From an uncultured Tissierellia bacterium (lineage in GTDB: Bacteria; Bacillota; Clostridia; Tissierellales; Peptoniphilaceae), in the NCBI GenBank assembly GCA_947278105.1, contig CAMYOR010000001.1, positions 1 to 27,092 on the forward strand: a stretch of DNA of 27,092 nucleotides, given 5' to 3'. Numbering within the stretch: the stretch's first letter is position 1; each line of letters begins with the position of its first letter. Of this stretch, positions 8,369 to 17,300 are shown in pieces. The position numbers and the translations under genes were made by a program. The notes beneath the pieces were generated by a model. The model saw only the letters and a list, made by a program, of their open reading frames with translations, was not told where the DNA came from and did not search any database.

Positions 8369-10432
8369 ATGGAGAAAAAAGTTCAAGAATCCGTTCAGCA
8401 GCTGCTGGAAATTGATCCCTGGCTTACTAAATTTTCACAGGACCTCACTCTTCGCCAAAACTGCTATTTGGAAAGAAAAAAGGAGCTTCTGAAGGAAGGG
8501 AAAACTTTATCTGACCTGGCCGATGGGAACGCATATTTTGGATTTCATCCGACCGAGACGGGCTGGGTTTACCGGGAGTGGGCTCCCGCCGCGGAGGCGG
8601 TTTTTTTGACGGGTGATTTTAACCACTGGCAGGCCCACACCCATCCTTTAAAGCCGCTGGAAAACGGGGTTTGGGAGATTCAGCTGGAAGGAAAACACGC
8701 CCTCCAGCACCTCCAGAAAATCAAGGTAATCGTTCGCTACGGGGGGGCGGATCATTATAAAATTCCATTATATATTCACCGAGTCATTCAGGAATTTCAC
8801 GAAGATGGCAATGCCGATTGGATCGGGCAAATCTGGGCTCCTCCTGAGCCCTTCCCCTGGACGGACCAGGATTTTGCCGGGGTGAAAGAGGCTCCCCTTA
8901 TTTACGAGGCCCATGTGGGCATTTCCCAGGAGGAGGAGCGGATTTCCACCTTCCGGGAATTTGCCGATAATATCCTTTCCCGAATTCAGGAGGATGGCTA
9001 TAACACCCTCCAGATCATGGCCATCATGCAGCATCCCTATTACGGGTCCTTCGGTTACCATGTTTCGAGCTTCTTTGCCGTAGCCTACTGGTTCGGGACC
9101 CCGGACGACTTTAAATACCTGGTCAACAAGGCCCATTCCATGGGTATTCAGGTTCTTATGGACCTGGTTCATTCCCATGCGGCAAAAAATGTGAATGAGG
9201 GCATCGCCTATTTTGACGGGAGCCAGGAACAGTTTTTCTATCCCGGAGACCGGGGCTTTCACCCGGCCTGGGATTCCATGTGCTTTAACTACGGAAAAAA
9301 GGAAGTCCTTCACTTTCTCCTTTCCAATCTCAAATATTGGATGGAAGAATACCACCTGGACGGGTTCCGTTTTGACGGGATCACTTCCATGCTCTACTGG
9401 GACCATGGTCTGGGCGCCAATTTCACGGATTACAGCAAGTATTTCTCTTTAAATACGAATATTGAGGCGGAAACCTACCTATCCCTGGCAAGTGACCTGG
9501 TTCATGAGATCCTCCCCCGGGCGGTTCTGGTGGCCGAGGATATGAGCGGGATGCCGGGCCTCTGCCTTCCCACGGACCTGTGCGGGATGGGCTTTGACTA
9601 TCGGCTGGCCATGGGGGTGCCGGACCTTTGGATCCGCAATATGCAAAAAGATGACCATGACTGGGATGTCTATGAAATGTACTACGAGCTGACCACCTGC
9701 CGGCCCGGAGAAAAGCGGGTCGCCTATGCGGAAAGTCATGACCAGTCCCTGGTAGGGGATAAGACCCTCTTTTTCTGGATGGCGGATGCCCAGGCCTACT
9801 GGCATATGCGTAAGGATGACGACAACTATATTATCGACCGGGCCATCGCCCTCCATAAGATGATCCGTTTTATTACCCTGGCAGCGGGCGGGGACGGGTA
9901 CCTGAATTTTATGGGCAATGAGTTCGGCCATCCAGAGTGGATTGATTTCCCCCGGCTGGAAAATGGCTGGTCCTATCAATATGCCCGCCGCCAGTGGCAT
10001 CTGGCGGACAACCCTTCTCTCAAATACTCCTATCTTCTTGAATTTGATCGGGATTTGATCGGGTTTGCAAAGAAGGAAGCCCTCTTTTCGGCGGGCGGGA
10101 TTCAGATTCTCTGGCTAGACCAGGAGAGAAAGCTGATTGCCTACCGGATGAGGGATCTGGTCTTCCTTTTCAATTTTCACCCGACCAACTCCTATTCCCA
10201 GTTCTCCCTTCCGATCCATGGCGATGGAAGGTTCCGGGTCATCTTTTCCACGGACCGGGTCCAATACGGGGGCTACGGACGGATTGACGAAAAGTACACC
10301 TATTCAACCCGAAGGCTTGAGACTTCAGACTTTTCCCATGGGATTGTCATCTACTCCCCCTGCCGGACCGGCCTGGTATTAAAGAGGGTGGGGGACCTTA
10401 ATTACCCTGATCAGGGGGCCGGTTCCCGATAA
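8369..10432 (+). CDS. glgB: 1,4-alpha-glucan branching enzyme (GH13, probably subfamily 8), 687 aa
   Basis: Start reassigned to MEKKVQ (GAGGAG RBS); YREWAP, IYEAHVG, GFRFDGITSMLY, VAEDMSGMP, YAESHDQ, YLNFMGNEFGHPEWIDFPR; catalytic D/E/D intact. Confidence 0.94.
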   Translation: MEKKVQESVQQLLEIDPWLTKFSQDLTLRQNCYLERKKELLKEGKTLSDLADGNAYFGFHPTETGWVYREWAPAAEAVFLTGDFNHWQAHTHPLKPLENGVWEIQLEGKHALQHLQKIKVIVRYGGADHYKIPLYIHRVIQEFHEDGNADWIGQIWAPPEPFPWTDQDFAGVKEAPLIYEAHVGISQEEERISTFREFADNILSRIQEDGYNTLQIMAIMQHPYYGSFGYHVSSFFAVAYWFGTPDDFKYLVNKAHSMGIQVLMDLVHSHAAKNVNEGIAYFDGSQEQFFYPGDRGFHPAWDSMCFNYGKKEVLHFLLSNLKYWMEEYHLDGFRFDGITSMLYWDHGLGANFTDYSKYFSLNTNIEAETYLSLASDLVHEILPRAVLVAEDMSGMPGLCLPTDLCGMGFDYRLAMGVPDLWIRNMQKDDHDWDVYEMYYELTTCRPGEKRVAYAESHDQSLVGDKTLFFWMADAQAYWHMRKDDDNYIIDRAIALHKMIRFITLAAGGDGYLNFMGNEFGHPEWIDFPRLENGWSYQYARRQWHLADNPSLKYSYLLEFDRDLIGFAKKEALFSAGGIQILWLDQERKLIAYRMRDLVFLFNFHPTNSYSQFSLPIHGDGRFRVIFSTDRVQYGGYGRIDEKYTYSTRRLETSDFSHGIVIYSPCRTGLVLKRVGDLNYPDQGAGSR

Positions 10433-10451
10433 ATCCCTGCCAAGGCGGGGC

Positions 10452-11189
10452 TTATCGTATCCTTTTCTTCTTTTTGAGCTCTCTTCTTATCTGAAGGGCG
10501 CTTTTGCCAAGGCCAAAAAGAGATAAGACAGAGGCAAAGAGAAGAAAAATCTCAAAATTCGATAGGGTCAGACTTCCTTTGGGAATCTGATCTTCTTGGA
10601 TAAAGCCCTCAAAGACCCCCGTGACATGGAGGCGCCGGATATTAATGCCGGCCGGAGTACAGGTCCTCAGGGTAAAGAGGTTTCTATCTCCGGGCATTAA
10701 GAAGGTGCTAATTTCCCCTTTCGGAGAAACTTGAAGGATATGGATGATCCGATAGTCTAAAATCTCATTTTTCTCGTTTTTAATGTAAAAATGCTGGCCT
10801 TTTTTTAACCTAATTAAATTCGTAAAAAGATCTCGCAAAATCTCCCCATTATGGCTGGTAACGATCGAATGCTGGCCTTTTTTTGCCGACAGGTCTCCCT
10901 GCAAAATTCCTGCTCCATAGGTAAGAGCGTATTGGCCGCTGTACTTATATAAGGGAAGTTCTAAGTCAATGGCCGGAACATATAAGACTCCTTGAACGGA
11001 CTTTTTGTCCCCGTCCGCCGGCAAGGTTGAGGGAGCCTCGGGTCCGTTTTTCTCCCGCAGACTTTTTGAAAAAGCCTCAATCCGATCCTTTTCTTGTTTC
11101 CTGGAGACAAAACGCAAAAGAAATAAGGAATATCCTGCGAAAACAAGAACAAAAGCAAAGATGATGCCTGCAAGAAGCTTTTTTTTCAT
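10452..11189 (-). CDS. Class C-like sortase
   Basis: His (TSHNG), Cys (TLRTCTP) and Arg (RRLHVTG) triad; N- and C-terminal TM helices with basic tail. Confidence 0.85.
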   Translation of the reverse strand: MKKKLLAGIIFAFVLVFAGYSLFLLRFVSRKQEKDRIEAFSKSLREKNGPEAPSTLPADGDKKSVQGVLYVPAIDLELPLYKYSGQYALTYGAGILQGDLSAKKGQHSIVTSHNGEILRDLFTNLIRLKKGQHFYIKNEKNEILDYRIIHILQVSPKGEISTFLMPGDRNLFTLRTCTPAGINIRRLHVTGVFEGFIQEDQIPKGSLTLSNFEIFLLFASVLSLFGLGKSALQIRRELKKKKRIR

Positions 11190-11214
11190 CGCACCCCACC
11201 CGGATAAAGACGAT

Positions 11215-11238
11215 TAGGGGCTTAAAAACAAGCCCCTA
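11215..11238. other. Stem-loop between the surface-protein and sortase genes
   Basis: TAGGGGCTT-aaaaac-AAGCCCCTA, a perfect 9-bp stem without a clear U-tract. Confidence 0.4.
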
Positions 11239-11303
11239 TCTCCTTATCCTTCGATAGTTTTATCCCTTCTTAAACTTCTTTTCTGGTTCTTCCCTGCCAA
11301 AAG

Positions 11304-14300
11304 TTAAGAAAGATCAAAAAACTTATTGGTTCTCTTCGATGAGAGAAGATACGCGCCGCCAGTAAGAAGAGCTGTCATAAACAGGAAGACAATCTGATTT
11401 TTATGAAGGCCAGAACTCGGCAGTTCTACCGAATCGTTATAAAAACTGACAAACTTGACCCTATCCTCGTTATCCAATACCACCGTTTTTACTTCACTAT
11501 TGAGTACATATCCGGAGGGAACCTTCGTTTCTTTTATCTTATAGGTGCCAAGGGGCAAATCATCAAAGTGGGCATCCCCGCTATTATCTGAAATTGCCGT
11601 TTTGATGATTTCCTCGTTCTCATCCATTAATGCAAAAGTAACTCCCGCCAAGGGCTCTTTATCCTTATTTTTGAACTTCGAAACCGTAATTCTTCCCTTA
11701 ATCGGCCTGTTTTCAATTGTGATATTAAACGTTCCGTCAAAGCCCGTAAGAAGGCTTTGATCCTTGAGGTTCAAGAGAATCGGGCTTATTTTGGGTTCAT
11801 ACCCATTGGGGGCTTGCGTTTCGATCAGTTCATAGTTCTTAGATGTATCCAGGGTCATGGGATCGATCGGAAGGATGCCGTCCTGACCCGTAGTATAGGT
11901 TCCCAGAATCTGTGAGCTTGCCGAGTCTTTAAGTTTAAAGGTTACGCCCGCGAGAGGCAGATAAACGTCATAGAAATCTCCATTCTTCTCTTTAACCGCC
12001 GATGGTTCGCTTGCTATGATATTATTCGCCTGCTCTTCGGTTAGGTTCTTCCCCAAATAGCTGATCTTTCGGATCCTTTGTTTCAAAATCTTATCCGTAT
12101 ATTCGTATTCGAATGTTTTTGTCTGATAATCATCCACCGTAAATGTTTTTACTTCATTCGACAGGAAATAGCCTAGGGGCGCCGTCTCTTCCTTGAGCTG
12201 ATAGATTCCGCCGGATAAATCTACAAATTGAGCTTTTCCGTTCACATCAGCGGTTTCCTGGTCAATGAGCTCAAACTCATTATTATTATTTTTTTTATAA
12301 AGGCCGAACTTGGCTCCCGCTAACAAATTTCCATTTTCATCCTTCTTTGTTACGATGACGATTGACTTCAGTTTCGTTCTAAGGTCCGGCACATAAAGAT
12401 TGTTCGTTGGAAAGTTCTCTCCCCCCGCCGTTAGAAGCCGCCCTGTTTTATCAATCTTAAAATTAATATCGCCTTGATAGGTGTCGTAACCCGCCGGGGC
12501 AGTTGTCTCTCTAAGGGTATAAACCGTATCTAGGTCTAAATTATCATAAATAATTTCTCCCTGAGCATCTGCTGTCAGGTCGGCAACTTTCACGGTTCCC
12601 TGATACAGCTCAAACTTTGCTCCCTGAAGTTCAGATCCTGTTATTCCATCGCTAGGCCCTAGGTTTATCACCGGCTTACCCGACTTATCATCTAGGATTC
12701 CAAGTTTTACCAAATGCAAACGGCCTTTGTCGTTGGTAATCGTTCCCCCATTTTCAGGAAGGCTATTTTCTCCCTGATGGATGGAGACGGTTTTTTCGCT
12801 CATCGGAGTCAGACTATTATAAGGGATCTCAGTGAGACGGTATTGTCCATGTTCCAGGTCCTCAAAAGTCAGATCTCCATTTTGATCTGTCCATCCCTTG
12901 CGGTCAATATATTTATTCCACTTGTCCAGCCCTTGGAGATGGAAACAGACGGCCACTAAGGGGGCATTCTCCTTATCCACTTTATGGAGTTTTAAGTTTC
13001 CTTTAATCGGTTCCAATGGAGTCCAGGATTTCGGGTCGATGATCTCTCCAAGGTCAATCTGATAGCCTGGCCTTGCTAAGAGGTCCGCCCCTTTCACAGG
13101 ATAAACCTGATCAATTTTCTTATAGCCATCCGGCGCTTTGATTTCCCGAATTTCATAGTCCTTACTTAAATCTGAGATGGTAAAGCTCAATTGGCCGTTT
13201 ACATCCGTTTCCTTTTGTTCGATAAAGTTTCCCGCCTGATCCCAAAGACCGAAAACAGCGCCTTGAAGATTCACTTTTTCTGTCAATGATTTCCAGCCTT
13301 TTTTCGTGAGACTGACCGTCCCCGTTGGGGTAGACATCTCGTTATAGACACGGTTGGGTTCAAGGAAAGAGGTCGTGATATCATCTTTTCTGGCAAAGGT
13401 GTTATAGGCCCTCTTTCCAGAGAGAGAAAGGGCCTGATTGTCGGGCGCTTTCATTGGGATGAGAATATCCAGGCTCTCTTGGCTTCCTAAAGAGGTATTG
13501 TTCTCTGCGCTTACCTTAATTGCCGTTGTCGCTTGCGAGGGCTGATCTTGCCAATTCCATGTTCCCTCAGCATCCTCCAATTTTCCTGTAAACGGTGGCA
13601 CTTGCTCGTTTAAATACTTGATCTGATAGCCGGGAGGGACTTCAACCGCACGAGCGGGATCAAAGGTGTTGCTGAATTCTGAACCTCTTGGGACCCGATT
13701 TCCCTGCTGATCTTCAACCATGGCAGTATCCCCGTTAAAAGGCAGAATATCAATAATCACGTTATTTTTTCGCTCATGGTCCGTATTATTGATGACCGAG
13801 AGTTTATACCAGAAGGGATCCAGCGAGTCGGTTACGATTCCCTCCTTGGACCAGTAATTTTTATCTTTACTAATGTACTTTCGCCCAATCAGCTGCTTGG
13901 CCCTTACGACTGGCCGGGTCACCGAATCCTTTGACCACTCCTTTGGGCCCAGCCTTGGATCGGCCTCGGGATTGGCCAAGGTGACTTTTTGGTTGCTGAT
14001 CCAAAGGAAAGCCTCATTTTTTAAGTCTCCCTCGGCTACGGTTTCATCAATTTGAACTTTGATTTCTGCAATATTGGAAAACTCCCCGTAGGCACCCTTG
14101 ACCAATATTCTTTCCGGATAAGAAAGGGCCAGATTATCGGAGCGGAAAATCACGGCTGTTTGACCGGTCCCCATATAATTTTCCTGAATTTCACACCGGT
14201 GGGTCACCGATTGTTTAAACTCATCCGAGAGCGTGATCTCTTTAATTCCCAGGCCCTTTGGCAGAAGGTCGATGAGTTCAAAATCTTTGAGCGGCTCCTC

Positions 14301-17300
14301 GATCAAATCCGAAACTTTTTGTACCCTTAACAGATACGAACCACTCTCTCCCGGCTTCAAAGGATTATTTGGACCTGCGTCATTTCTAAAGGTGGTATCC
14401 TTGCTCACCTTTACGATTTGATCAAACTTTCTAAGGGCTAAAGAATCACGGTCTGAATAAGTCTGCGTATTTCCAGATTTTTGAACGACGTCAACCTGCA
14501 GCTCATTCGGAAATTCATTTCCCGTCGAATTGGGCGTCTCATCAAAGCGAAGGGCATCCGGATCCCGAAGCTTTGTATAAACGGAAAATCGGGTCATCGT
14601 TAAGTTCTCCAACCCATTTTTTTGACTGAGAGCAATAGAACTTACCCGCCTTTGAAGGGGTTCCGGTATGGTGAAACGGTCGGAATTGTCCAGAATCTGT
14701 TCATATAATTTCGTATTGTTCTCGTAGAGAGAAATTTTTGCTCCCCGTAAGAAATCAGGAACTTCAATTCCTGTATAATACATCCTATTATCCAGATTGA
14801 AATCTTTGATTTTCCACTCGGCTCGATCGTTTTTTTCTATTTTCGTCCCATCAAAATTAAAATAGATGTTCCATTGAAATTCCAGATTTCGCTCCTGGTT
14901 AACATCATAAAAATAGGCTTGTCCCTCAATAGGCGACATATGGGGCATCGAAATTTTCTTTTTGATAATTTCTCCGGAGGCAAGGGGCCTGCAGTAATAA
15001 TGAACGGCCCTGGCTGCCAAATTCATGTCTTTTTCATATTGTGTTGCGCCATAGGGATGCAAACGCAGCTTTGCTGTATTTTGAATATTTGCAAATTCCC
15101 TGGCTCCGGGGACCCTTAAAACAAGAGCCGGCATTTCAAGATCGGTCGAATTTTTTGCATCTCCTATATAGGTCACGGTCTTTTTGTCGGCGCTTAAAAC
15201 CCAGAGGGGATTTTCTTCTGGGACAAACTCCGCGGTCAACAGCTGCCCTTCCTTATTTGTATAGGTAGGCAGGATATCCGTAATTTCAAATTCTCCAATA
15301 TTGCGTTCAAGTTGGGAAAGGTCAAAGGTATAAATCAGCTTTTCCTCTCTTTTTAGGCCGCCGTCTTGGTCAAATTCCGTGGTTTCCACATACCCATAAA
15401 AGCCGCCCGGATGCTTTTTTTGAAAAACCGGATTATTATAGTAACCGGTGAAGGTCAGGGGATCGGCAATTGTAAAAAGGTCCCCGTTATTGCCGAAAAT
15501 TTTTGCGACCCACGGGTAGGGAGTATCTTGTGGGGTGACAAACTTTTTAAAATGCCAGGTGATGGGGAAATCAATATCATCGCCCCCCTGCATATTTTTC
15601 AGGTTGACCGTCAGCACCCCTTTTTCTTGGTCTACGTCTATGGAGTCAACTAAATCGGGTTTATCCCAGCTGATGTTCGAAGGGTCCACAACATCCGTAT
15701 CAAAATAAATCTTAATCTTTCCCCCGGATAACTCTGCTGCATAGCCTGAAATTTTAAAAGAAACTCTGGAGGTCATCGGATCTCCAATTTTATACTTTTC
15801 CACCCCCGGCTGCTGATAGTACTGGCGAAAACCAATTTTCCCTGTCCGTTCATTATAAGTATTGATATCACTCTCCGTATATTTATGATAAATCACCTGA
15901 ACGTCTATTTTGGGCGGATTCCCGGAAAGGTCAACGCTTTGAATCGGCGGAGTTTTATAGCCGGGGATTTCCGGATAAAAGGCCGGCGTATAAGAATTTT
16001 CCATTCCGACTTCGACCGTCTTGGAAGGATAGAGCTCTTCCCCCTCTTCGTTAATATAATGAAAGGTAATCTGAGAAGGATTTAAAATGTAGCGGTCCGT
16101 TTCTCCGTTAAAACCATTGGGATTCGTGCGATTTACCGTATAAATGATGCATTTATTCGGAGGATATGTCCAAGACCCATCGTTCTTGTACATAAGAGAA
16201 TCCAGCATTTTTGAAAAATCTCCAGGATGTTCGGCTTTATAGGTTTCATTCATGAGGGCATCGGAGATAACCCACTTTTCCAAGGGCACAGGCCCACCAG
16301 CATCTCCAGGAAAAAGGTTCTCTCCGTACACGGTTTTTAAATTGGGGGTCTCCAAAACCTTTAAATGGTTGCAGTTGGCGAATGACTGCTCCCCAGAATG
16401 GGAGGCATCCCCTAAGCTTTGAAGGGCCGGAAAGCTTAGCTTTGTCAAGGCCTGGCAATCATAAAATGTCTGATCCCCTAATAGAGATTCAAGGGAAGAA
16501 AGGTCCACCTCAGACAATTTTTGGTCCATATAAAACGTTTTATTGCCTACAATGGACTTGAGGGCAGGAAGACTTGCCTTCGTTAAAGATTGGCATTCTC
16601 CAAAAGTAGAATTCCCAATTATAGTGGTTAGGGCGGGGAAGCTTACCTCGGTCAAAGCCGAGCATCCATAAAATAGGTTCCCTCCAAAGGGGTCCCCTGC
16701 ACTACTTACCGATTGGAGGGCGGGCAGGGATACCGTTGTTAAGTCCTTTGCGTTTTTAAAAACATCTAAACCATTTATTTTTTTTAGGGAGGGAAAAGAT
16801 ACACTGGTTAAGTTTTTACAGCTTTCAAAGACGGAATTTGCTTCTATCTTCTCAACTCCATCCCCTTTAATAGATTTTAAAAGGGTCCAATCAAAGAAGG
16901 TTTTCTCGGAAAAGCTTTTGACTGTGCTTGGAAGGACCAGATGACCGCCTGCATTGTTCAGCTTCATCATTCCGGTATTGGTCAGGCCCTCCATAATTCC
17001 GGCATTTTTGTCCTTCCAGCGAATATCTTCATCGGTAATCTCCGTTCCTAAGCTTGGGTCCGTTTTCGGGTTTAAAACCCAGTTTTCCCTGCACTCCATC
17101 GCCACGCTCGGATCCCCATAAATTTCAAAGAAATTGCCGATTGACCCGTATTGACCTGTATTCCTCAAAATATCCTTTCCTGTAATTTCTTTTAATTTTG
17201 GAAAATCTAACCTTTTGGGCAGCATTTTGCAGCTGTAAAAGACATTATTTCCACTTATCCTCTCCAGGGCGGGGAGGTTCAGCGTGGTTAATTTTCCACA

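Noticed and set aside
8768..10000. Antisense ORFs of 212 and 173 aa within glgB
   Set aside because: Shadow ORFs of a well-conserved gene with no recognisable motifs.
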